A stretch of 29,763 nt of DNA. Origin: a virus (taxonomy: Duplodnaviria; Caudoviricetes). The notes under the pieces were generated by a model, which saw only the letters and a list, made by a program, of their open reading frames with translations, did not search any database and was not told the origin of the DNA. Every line of letters starts with the position of its first letter. The stretch's first letter is position 1. Made by a program: the position numbers and the translations under genes. This document shows positions 8,293 to 16,063 of this stretch, one piece after another. The stretch lies in IMG/VR virus record IMGVR_UViG_3300017913_000273, positions 1 through 29,763 of that record. One strand, 5' to 3'.

Positions 8293-8302
8293 GTGATATG
8301 AT
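8274..8302 (+). promoter_or_regulatory. Rightward sigma70-type (early) promoter for the oxygenase/prmB operon
   Basis: TTGACA (8274-8279), 17 nt, TATGAT (8297-8302), with extended -10 TG. Confidence 0.8.
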
Positions 8303-8323
8303 ATATAAAATTGTAACTGTGAG

Positions 8324-9022
8324 GTGACCTTGTACTTTTTAGACTTTACGCATGAACTCGTAAATTATCAATCTAAACCACCCCAAAATCCATTGGCACC
8401 CAACTGGGTGTTGCCTGTCATGCAGTCACAGGTGATGAATTTTGAGGACTGGCATAAAGATTTGAGAGATTATGCTGAAACAATCCCAAACCCAGATTAC
8501 TTCAGAAAAGATAGCATTGATTTAGATTTCGATGGCTGGTCTACTGAAGAAACTAATCGTATTCCCGAATATAATTTCTTAGTAGCAGACAACATTGCTG
8601 TTGCAGAATTCAGAGACTTCATTCGTAAGTCACATGATGTTTACTGCAAAGCACTTGGTATAACTGTAACTAAAGAAATGAGAAACGCACTCAAAATACA
8701 ATGTTGGGTGAATATACTTCCTCATGGTGAAGCAATCAAGCCTCACAATCATTATAGTGGGGACAACTCATGGATATCTGGTAATTACAGTCTTACAGCA
8801 AACGAAGACACTTACACAGCATATTATGCACCAAGCCATGAGATTAGAATTCATAATCAACCAGGTATGCTTATTCAGTTTCCATCACACGTTGCACATT
8901 ACACCAATACATACTTGGGTGATGATAAAAGAATAACAATAGCATACGATATATTCTTTGACAAACTTAGTCAGTGGTCAGGTGAATATCCAGCGTTACA
9001 GGAGATGAAACTTTATGCATAA
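8324..9022 (+). CDS. 2OG-Fe(II) oxygenase-like protein (TIGR02466-type)
   Basis: WVN...PHNH, ISGNY, FPSHVAHYT and RITIAYD give the HxH...H...R pattern. The start is GTG 8324 or TTG 8330. Confidence 0.8.
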   Translation: MTLYFLDFTHELVNYQSKPPQNPLAPNWVLPVMQSQVMNFEDWHKDLRDYAETIPNPDYFRKDSIDLDFDGWSTEETNRIPEYNFLVADNIAVAEFRDFIRKSHDVYCKALGITVTKEMRNALKIQCWVNILPHGEAIKPHNHYSGDNSWISGNYSLTANEDTYTAYYAPSHEIRIHNQPGMLIQFPSHVAHYTNTYLGDDKRITIAYDIFFDKLSQWSGEYPALQEMKLYA

Positions 9023-9695
9023 GATACAGGATGATATCTATTCGCTTTTCCCATGCACACTTCTTCATAAGAAAATTGGGGATGAAAACTTGAATGAAGA
9101 TTTAATGGGAGTTGTTGACAGGATTGCCGACGGTGTGAATGTAGCAAATGAAGAAGGGAACTGGGTTGGTGGTACATCTTCATATGGTTCTACTCAATCA
9201 ACTCATAATGTTTTTTTAAGTCAACCAGATGAGTGTGTGACTGAACTCAAAAGACGAATAGATGAACAGATTGAAAAATTTCTTTCAGTTGAACTCAAGT
9301 CTGTTGAGAATATGCAACAGAGAGCGGCTAACAAACATGACTTAGAAATATCAGACGTTAAATATGAATGGTATGGGTGGACAGTAAGAATGGAAGCACC
9401 TGATTGGAATGGTCTTCATATTCATCCTAGCACAAACTATTCTGGCGTGTACTATATAAATGTACCAGACCTTCCGTACCCAGAAGGTTGTATTCAGTTT
9501 GTAAATCCTCATCCGATTGCTACTGCTTACGGCAATGGTATGCCAGCGGGTGATTTCTACCCAACACAAAGCGGAGACTTGATTATTTTTCCGTCATGGA
9601 TGGCTCACCTAGTGATGCCATATAGAAATACTAATGAAAAGCGATATTGTATGGCATTCAATATTGTTGTAGAAAAATTTTGGAGTGAAAAATGA
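9015..9695 (+). CDS. 2OG-Fe(II) oxygenase-like protein (TIGR02466-type)
   Basis: LFP N-terminal motif, HIHP..YSGVYYI, GDLIIFPSWMAHLV, RYCMAFN. Confidence 0.85.
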   Translation: MHKIQDDIYSLFPCTLLHKKIGDENLNEDLMGVVDRIADGVNVANEEGNWVGGTSSYGSTQSTHNVFLSQPDECVTELKRRIDEQIEKFLSVELKSVENMQQRAANKHDLEISDVKYEWYGWTVRMEAPDWNGLHIHPSTNYSGVYYINVPDLPYPEGCIQFVNPHPIATAYGNGMPAGDFYPTQSGDLIIFPSWMAHLVMPYRNTNEKRYCMAFNIVVEKFWSEK

Positions 9696-10630
9696 AAATT
9701 GAAAAAGCAAATGCGGACCTGACACGAACAAATAGTTTAGATGTCAGTAACTTGGAAACAATCACAGATTGGATTCGTTTTGGTACAACTGCACTATCGA
9801 ATTATTCAGTAGCGTTTCATCACATTGCTGATGGCGCACACGAAGAAGCAGTTCAACTAACTCTAATGTGTATTGGTCTTGGTAATGTACCAGAGCAATG
9901 GGTTAATGCAAAACTAACAGATACAGAAAGACAAAATCTAAAGTTTGCACTTGAAAAGCGTTGCTTTGAAAGAGTACCAACATCGTATATCACAAGAAAA
10001 ACGATTTACGCAGACATACCTTTCTATGTCGATGAACGTGTAATCATTCCTCGTTCACCAATTCAACAACTTATCAGAGACAACTTCAGTAATGTTCTGA
10101 AGAACAAACCTAAACGTGTACTAGACTTGTGTGCAGGTTCTGGTTGTATTGGTATTGCAATGGCGTTGAGAATGGAATCAATTGAAGAAGTTATTCTTGG
10201 CGAACTATCAGATGATGCAATCGAAGTTGCGAAGATTAACATTGAGCGTTTCAATCTACAAGATAAAGTGAAGATTGTAAAGACTGATATGTTCGAAAAC
10301 ATTGAAGGTGAATTCGACTTAATCGTTACGAACCCACCATATGTTACTGATGAAGAGTGGGAAAAGCAAGATATCGAGACAAAGCAAGAACCTCATATGG
10401 CTCTAGTTTCACCTGATGATGGTATGCAACACATTCGTACTATTTTTGAAAATTCTGAAAAACATCTGACAGAGAATGGTGTTCTACTTTGTGAAGTCAT
10501 GGATAGAAAGCCTCAAGTGATTGAAGAGTATGGTGACAGAGTAAAACTAAAGTGGCTTGACTTGACACAACACCCAATGTTCCAGTTTGCTATTTTTGGT
10601 ACAAACAAGAATGAGTTGAAGAATGTCTGA
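9692..10630 (+). CDS. prmB: Ribosomal protein uL3 N5-glutamine methyltransferase homolog (PrmB, HemK family)
   Basis: Matches E. coli PrmB as recalled along its full length: L.TI.D..R, EAVQL, A.LT..E, FYVDERV.IPRSPI..LI, LDLCAGSGCI, DLIVTNPPYV, EP..AL, GVL.CEV. Confidence 0.85.
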   Translation: MKIEKANADLTRTNSLDVSNLETITDWIRFGTTALSNYSVAFHHIADGAHEEAVQLTLMCIGLGNVPEQWVNAKLTDTERQNLKFALEKRCFERVPTSYITRKTIYADIPFYVDERVIIPRSPIQQLIRDNFSNVLKNKPKRVLDLCAGSGCIGIAMALRMESIEEVILGELSDDAIEVAKINIERFNLQDKVKIVKTDMFENIEGEFDLIVTNPPYVTDEEWEKQDIETKQEPHMALVSPDDGMQHIRTIFENSEKHLTENGVLLCEVMDRKPQVIEEYGDRVKLKWLDLTQHPMFQFAIFGTNKNELKNV

Positions 10631-11312
10631 ACAATTCATCGATGCGATTGAACCCAAATTAGTATTTCCAACAGTAATACGGGAGTTTCAAACGCATGGG
10701 TTTGAGAAACAAAATGATGAACTTCTCAAAGTGATTTTAGAGAAAGAAGCGAGGTCACGCCCAACATATGATACTTCTGCAAGAAACTGGCAGACAGATG
10801 ACTTTCTACATTTAGAGCCAGAGTTTGAATGGTTAGCAAAACTCGCAACTAAACTTGGTAGAGAATATGTAAATTTCATGGAATATGAGCATGATGATAT
10901 TGTGTGTCACGAAATGTGGGCAAATGTTTATCGCAGAGAAGAAGACTTACATCAACACAATCATCCTAATAGTTTTGTCTCTGGCGTTTATTACATGACA
11001 GACAATAATTCTGAAATTGAGTTTTATGACCCAAGAACAGATATTCGTTCTGTAATGATGCCAGCACAATACAATAATTTTTTCAATGCATTTGTTCACG
11101 GAATTAAACCAACGAAGGGAATGGTTGTACTGTTTCCGTCTTGGTTGAAACATTCTGTTGTTCCACAACCTGCAGGCTTTAGAGTTTCGATTGCTTTCAA
11201 TCTTATGCTAGAAGGTAAAATCGGAAGCAGATTGGATAAGACTGCTTCAGAACTAAAGAAGCAAAAGAACGCCTTTAGACCAGAAAAGGACTTTGATGAT
11301 GACTTACTCTGA
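10623..11312 (+). CDS. 2OG-Fe(II) oxygenase-like protein (TIGR02466-type)
   Basis: VFPT, WQT, MWAN...HNHPNSFVSGVYY, FYDPR, LFPSWLKHSV, RVSIAFN. Confidence 0.9.
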   Translation: MSEQFIDAIEPKLVFPTVIREFQTHGFEKQNDELLKVILEKEARSRPTYDTSARNWQTDDFLHLEPEFEWLAKLATKLGREYVNFMEYEHDDIVCHEMWANVYRREEDLHQHNHPNSFVSGVYYMTDNNSEIEFYDPRTDIRSVMMPAQYNNFFNAFVHGIKPTKGMVVLFPSWLKHSVVPQPAGFRVSIAFNLMLEGKIGSRLDKTASELKKQKNAFRPEKDFDDDLL

Positions 11313-11955
11313 TGATTTTGTGAGTGTGTACGATGATGTTTGTGATGAGCAACTATTGTATGCGATGAAGAATTCTATGAACATGAATTTGAACAAGTTC
11401 TATGCAGATGAAAAAGATTGGGGAAATCGAGACCTTCAAGTTCCTGGATTGAGAGGCGCACAAGTTATCGTTGGTGACCACAAAGAAAAGAACTTTCCCA
11501 CAGGTCATATTATTGACAAATTGATAAATTCTGTATTAGAGTGTGTAGACTTAGACTACGGTTGGGTTAGAGTGAATGAACGCTTCTATCCCCCAAAATC
11601 AGAAATGTCTTGGCACTGTGATGGCGCACATTTAATGGGTGCGGCTACTCTATACTTAAATGAAGTCTGGCACACTGATTGGGGTGGAGAATTTGTTTAT
11701 GTCAAAGAACACTTAGATGTTCATCCAGAATGGCAACCTTATATGCTAGAGACTGATGACTATGCTTCTCGTATCGCAACAGATAATGAGTGTGGTCTTA
11801 TCTATCCAAAGTTTAATCGTCTTGTGATTACAAAAGGTGATGTGATGCATAAGATTAACAAGATTGACGAACGGGCAAAGGGAAGATATGCTTTGCAGTT
11901 CCATTTTCATCATGCAACTGAGATGAAGGCAACTTCATCATTTTTAGACACATAA
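11296..11955 (+). CDS. 2OG-Fe(II) oxygenase, prolyl-4-hydroxylase-like
   Basis: WHCD (HxD), LYLNEVW..DWGGEF, PKFNRLV, HKI, RYAL. The start is ATG 11296 or 11299 after SD AAGGA. Confidence 0.85.
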   Translation: MMTYSDDFVSVYDDVCDEQLLYAMKNSMNMNLNKFYADEKDWGNRDLQVPGLRGAQVIVGDHKEKNFPTGHIIDKLINSVLECVDLDYGWVRVNERFYPPKSEMSWHCDGAHLMGAATLYLNEVWHTDWGGEFVYVKEHLDVHPEWQPYMLETDDYASRIATDNECGLIYPKFNRLVITKGDVMHKINKIDERAKGRYALQFHFHHATEMKATSSFLDT

Positions 11956-11971
11956 GAAGGAGAATATTACC

Positions 11972-13012
11972 TTGGAAAATTTACACTTGCTATACAAGGG
12001 GCAAGAATACCTTCTGTTTATTGTGTTCATTATGATGGCGGCAGGCTTGATAAAAGAACATAATCTGTTTAATAGCGCATATGCTTATATTCAGAAAGTG
12101 TTCAAATCAAAGCGTGTCATCGTAGCACTAATGTCCGCATTTACAGGTATTCTACCCGTATCTGGTCGAGTTACAATATCGGCAGGTATGATTGATACAC
12201 TTGCACCACCTAAGGGTGAAAAGGGGAGAGAGAAGTTCGGTATTATCGATTATCTTTCAACACATCACTATTACGTTTGGTCACCACTTGAGAAGACAAT
12301 TCTCATTCCAATGGCGGCACTCGGAATAGGATACGGTGCAGTTCTGTATCAACTTATTCCACTACTCATTGTCTCACTTGGTCTAGTATTTTGCTATATT
12401 GCGTTTGCTGTCAGTGAAGATGATATTGAACTGAATGTGAAAAAAGAACATTTCAAAGTTTCAGCAATTTTACGAAATGTATTCCCATTCATTGCGGCGA
12501 TTGGTGCGGCTATCGCAGGATTTCATCCAGTTCTAGTATTTGGTCTACTCACAGTCTATTACATGATTTTGACTATGACTTGGGACTGGCAAAAGTTGCT
12601 TGGGTTTGTTAATTGGAAACTCATAGCATGGGTCGCAGTGATTATCGTTGCGGCTAACTTCACCCGTGAAAACACTGATGCAATCAAAGCGTATTTTGAA
12701 AATAGTCCGTTTGATATTGAAACAACATGGGGTTTCATTTCAATATCAGCGTTATCTTTTGGTGCGGCATTTTTGTTTGGCTCATCTGGTCGATTTGCGG
12801 CAATCACAACAATTCTCACACTAGTATATGGTGTTGAGTATTTTGTGTGGTTCTTTGCACTCGATTATGTGGGTTATTTAATCTCACCTATGCATAAATG
12901 TATGGCTATTGGCAAACTTTACTTTGATACGCCTTGGTCTAAATACTTTAGCGCATTGGGGTTATGGTCACTACTGCTATTACTAGCAGGTGGAGCAACC
13001 TTGCTATTTTGA
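11972..13012 (+). CDS. Multi-pass membrane protein, putative transporter (ion-transporter superfamily / DUF401-like)
   Basis: 346 aa with roughly ten hydrophobic segments and two repeated halves carrying Gly/Ser re-entrant-like motifs (GILPVSG, LFGSSG) followed by SP motifs (VWSPLE, LISPMHKC). TTG start with SD AGGAG. Confidence 0.6.
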   Translation: MENLHLLYKGQEYLLFIVFIMMAAGLIKEHNLFNSAYAYIQKVFKSKRVIVALMSAFTGILPVSGRVTISAGMIDTLAPPKGEKGREKFGIIDYLSTHHYYVWSPLEKTILIPMAALGIGYGAVLYQLIPLLIVSLGLVFCYIAFAVSEDDIELNVKKEHFKVSAILRNVFPFIAAIGAAIAGFHPVLVFGLLTVYYMILTMTWDWQKLLGFVNWKLIAWVAVIIVAANFTRENTDAIKAYFENSPFDIETTWGFISISALSFGAAFLFGSSGRFAAITTILTLVYGVEYFVWFFALDYVGYLISPMHKCMAIGKLYFDTPWSKYFSALGLWSLLLLLAGGATLLF

Positions 13013-13041
13013 CATAATATGTTAAATTTGCAATAAAAACT

Positions 13042-13080
13042 AAGCCCTCAGCGCATTATAAATAGTGTTGAGGGCTTTTC
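13042..13080 (+). terminator. Intrinsic terminator-like hairpin ending the accessory operon
   Basis: 13-bp stem AAGCCCTCAGCGC / GTGTTGAGGGCTT with two G-U pairs, followed by a short T run. Confidence 0.65.
13057..13064 (+). promoter_or_regulatory. T4-type late promoter TATAAATA, in the hairpin loop
   Basis: Exact consensus immediately upstream of the neck-gene block. Confidence 0.8.
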
Positions 13081-13081
13081 T

Positions 13082-13240
13082 ATGAGAGTAGCAGATAGCA
13101 AAGAAGTAAAGAAGAGAATTGACATTTGCGAAAAGTGTGACAAACTATGGAAGACTTATAAGTTTTGTTCTGTTTGTAAATGTCCGATTTTAACTAAGAC
13201 GAAACTACAATCGTCACAATGTCCAATAGGAAAATGGTAA
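13082..13240 (+). CDS. Small Cys-rich putative metal-binding protein (52 aa, DUF6171-like); not in the ORF track
   Basis: Translates to MRVADSKEVKKRIDICEKCDKLWKTYKFCSVCKCPILTKTKLQSSQCPIGKW; fills the gap between the late promoter and gp13. Confidence 0.75.
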   Translation: MRVADSKEVKKRIDICEKCDKLWKTYKFCSVCKCPILTKTKLQSSQCPIGKW

Positions 13241-13241
13241 A

Positions 13242-13988
13242 ATGGCAACACCAACTACACGAAGCGACCTAAAAGAATATTGCTTGAGACGATTAGGTAA
13301 ACCTGTCATACAAATCAATGTCGAGGCTTCTCAACTTGAAGACCGAATTGATGATGCGCTTCAATACTTTCAGGATTATCACAGTGACGCAGTAAAGCGT
13401 CATTACATCAAGCACGAAGTTACACAGACCGATATCGACAATGAATATCTAACACTGACCGACCAAATTACAAGCGTTGTTCGTGTATTTCCGATGACGA
13501 ATAATTCAAACGGTGCAGACATGTTTGATATCAGTTATCAGTTGCACCTAAATGATTTTTTTGATTTTAGAAGAGCAACAGATATTGCAACCTATTCAAC
13601 ATATCAGCAACATTTAAGTCTCGTTGACGATATGTTCAACAACACCCATCAAATCAGATATGCAAGACACGAAGACAGATTGTATATCGATATGGATTGG
13701 GATGAGAAAACAAGTGTTGGTGATTACCTTGTAGTAGAATGCTACATGATTATTGACCCATCAAATTTTGCACAAGTTTATAACGACAGATTTCTAAAAG
13801 ATTACACTACTGCACTCTTCAAAGAACAATGGGGAATGAACGTATCAAAGTACGAAGGTATTCAGTTGCCTGGTGGTGTGACTATGAATGGTCAGCAAAT
13901 TTTAGACGGAGCAAAAGAAGAAATTCAGAGACTTGAAGAAGAGATGCAACTGAAGCATGAGTTGCCAGTTGATTTTTATACGGGATAA
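13242..13988 (+). CDS. gp13: Neck protein gp13
   Basis: LKEYCLRRLGKPVIQINV, QWGMNVSKYEGIQLPGGVTMNG; T4 gene order. Confidence 0.95.
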   Translation: MATPTTRSDLKEYCLRRLGKPVIQINVEASQLEDRIDDALQYFQDYHSDAVKRHYIKHEVTQTDIDNEYLTLTDQITSVVRVFPMTNNSNGADMFDISYQLHLNDFFDFRRATDIATYSTYQQHLSLVDDMFNNTHQIRYARHEDRLYIDMDWDEKTSVGDYLVVECYMIIDPSNFAQVYNDRFLKDYTTALFKEQWGMNVSKYEGIQLPGGVTMNGQQILDGAKEEIQRLEEEMQLKHELPVDFYTG

Positions 13989-13993
13989 AGTAA

Positions 13994-14854
13994 ATGGCAA
14001 CTAACCAATACTTCAACTTCTACAATAATACTTCGGAGCAAAATCTCACTGAAGATTTGGTTGTTGAGAGTATTCAGATTTACGGTCACAATGTAAAATA
14101 CATTCCTCGTACTACTGGTCGTATCGATGATATTTTCAATGAAACTCGAAACAACACATATGATGATGCATACGAAATCGAAATGTATCTACAAAATGTT
14201 GAAGGTTTCGAGGGTGATGGTGACCTTCTATCAAAATTTGGTGTCGAAGTAAGAGACACAATGAACTTAATCTGTTCAGTTAAAAGATGGAAAGCAGAAG
14301 TTGGTACACCCGAAAGCATGACACAGCCACAAGAAGGTGACTTGATTTATCTTCCTATGACTGACCACTTGCTTGAGATTAAGTTTGTTGAAGATGAAGA
14401 AGTATTCTATCAGTTAGGCAAAGCATACATTTACACTTTCCGTTGTGAATTCTTTGAGTACAATCAAGAGGCATTTACAACTGGTGATGCTGATATTGAT
14501 GATATTCAAACTGTCAATGAATATACTATTGACCTTACAATGTCAAGTGGTGCTGGTGAATTCATTGCAGGAGAAAGTATCTATCAAGGACCAGACCAAG
14601 CAAACGCAACTGCAACTGCGGAGGTTCGTTCTTGGAATAATACAACACAACTTCTCAGAGTTGCGAACATTTCTGGTTCCTTCGGAACTACGGCTGATGT
14701 TACGGGTGTAACTTCTGGTGCTGTATGGACTATTGGTACAAAGAACGAATTGAATATGGTAAATAACGCAGAAGCAGATAACTCAGAAATTGAAAGTGAA
14801 GCCGCAGACTTTATTGATTTCTCTGAAAACAACCCATTTAGTGAGAACTTCTAA
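13994..14854 (+). CDS. gp14: Neck / head-completion protein gp14
   Basis: EQNL..DLVVESIQIYG, LSKFG, PQEGDLIYLP, FYQLGK, IDFSENNPF. Confidence 0.95.
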   Translation: MATNQYFNFYNNTSEQNLTEDLVVESIQIYGHNVKYIPRTTGRIDDIFNETRNNTYDDAYEIEMYLQNVEGFEGDGDLLSKFGVEVRDTMNLICSVKRWKAEVGTPESMTQPQEGDLIYLPMTDHLLEIKFVEDEEVFYQLGKAYIYTFRCEFFEYNQEAFTTGDADIDDIQTVNEYTIDLTMSSGAGEFIAGESIYQGPDQANATATAEVRSWNNTTQLLRVANISGSFGTTADVTGVTSGAVWTIGTKNELNMVNNAEADNSEIESEAADFIDFSENNPFSENF

Positions 14855-15642
14855 TGGCACTAGGACATACATTTTATCATAAGACAATACGAAAAATGGT
14901 TGTGTTATTCGGTACGCTGTTTAACGATATCAATGTTCGTAGATTTGACGCACAAGGAAATGAGACAAAACGATTTAAGTGTCCTATTTCATACGGACCA
15001 AAAGAGAAAACACTAGCAAGAATTACAGCCGGTGGAATTCGTGGTCAGCAAACTGCACTCAATCTTCCTGTTATGTCTTTTGAAATGACAGGGTTGGGAT
15101 ATGACCCAGAAAGAAAAACATCAAACGCACAGAAGATTGTAGCACCTGTGGCGGGTGGCGAAAAGAAACAAAATATCTACGCACCCACACCATACATCTT
15201 CAACTTCAGCCTTTACGTTTACGCACAGAATAATGAAGATGCTACACAAATACTAGAGCAAATTCTTCCATACTTCAGACCACACTTTAATGTCACAATT
15301 CAAGAACTAGAAGACGTTCCTGACATGAAGCGTGATATTCCAATCAAGTTGGAATCTATTACAACTGAAGACACCTATGAAGGTAACTTTGAAGAGAGAA
15401 GAGCGATTGTATATTCGCTTGACTTTACTATCGAAGGTAATATATATGGTAGAGTAGCGGAAACTGGAATTATCCAAAAAGCATTCATCGATATTTACAA
15501 TTCACCAGATTTTGCTGATGATACAGATTATGTTTATATTGATGCAAAGATTAAACCAGATGGCGCAATACCAACTGATGCAAACTATGAAGAAGAAGTG
15601 ACAATAAGTGAGGCACCATTCGATGGAACAGAACGAACCTAA
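14854..15642 (+). CDS. gp15: Tail sheath stabiliser / tail completion protein gp15
   Basis: FYHKTIRK.V..FGTLFNDI, PISYGPKEK, LPVMSFE, QILEQILPYF.P. Confidence 0.95.
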   Translation: MALGHTFYHKTIRKMVVLFGTLFNDINVRRFDAQGNETKRFKCPISYGPKEKTLARITAGGIRGQQTALNLPVMSFEMTGLGYDPERKTSNAQKIVAPVAGGEKKQNIYAPTPYIFNFSLYVYAQNNEDATQILEQILPYFRPHFNVTIQELEDVPDMKRDIPIKLESITTEDTYEGNFEERRAIVYSLDFTIEGNIYGRVAETGIIQKAFIDIYNSPDFADDTDYVYIDAKIKPDGAIPTDANYEEEVTISEAPFDGTERT

Positions 15643-16063
15643 GGTTTCTAAATTATCAGAAGTTTTAGATACTGATTATGAAGAACAAACATATGAAGTA
15701 ATAGAGGCTTCTGCAAAGAAAGACCTTGCAGTTCTTGCAAGCGAAGACGCAACTGATGCGGATTTTGAGTACGCAAGAGAAAATCTTAAAGATATGATTG
15801 AGAAGGGTAACCTTGCAATCGATGGGATTCTTGCGCTTGCAAAGGAAAGTGAAAGTCCTCGTACATATGAAGTTGCCGCTCAGTTAATTAAGACGATGAC
15901 TGAAGCAAACAAAGACTTACTAAATTTGCGTAAGCAGAAAAAAGAATTACAAAAAGAAGATGGACCCAAACAGAATAATACTACAAATAACAATCTGTTC
16001 GTAGGGTCAACTTCAGAACTCGCTAAAATGTTGAAAGCAAAGAAGGGTGAAATAGATGGCTGA
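15623..16063 (+). CDS. gp16: Terminase small subunit gp16
   Basis: DFEYARENL, ESESPRTYEV, NNNLFVGSTSEL. Start placed at ATG 15623 after SD GAGG. Confidence 0.9.
   Translation: MEQNEPKVSKLSEVLDTDYEEQTYEVIEASAKKDLAVLASEDATDADFEYARENLKDMIEKGNLAIDGILALAKESESPRTYEVAAQLIKTMTEANKDLLNLRKQKKELQKEDGPKQNNTTNNNLFVGSTSELAKMLKAKKGEIDG

Noticed and set aside
13009-13037. TTGACA at the end of the membrane-protein gene as another sigma70 promoter
   Set aside because: No acceptable -10 hexamer at 17-bp spacing, and a terminator-like hairpin follows.
14520-14750. Extra beta-rich segment in gp14 as an intein or mobile insertion
   Set aside because: It lacks intein terminal residues and endonuclease motifs, and looks like a small structural insert of the kind I recall in aquatic T4-like neck proteins.
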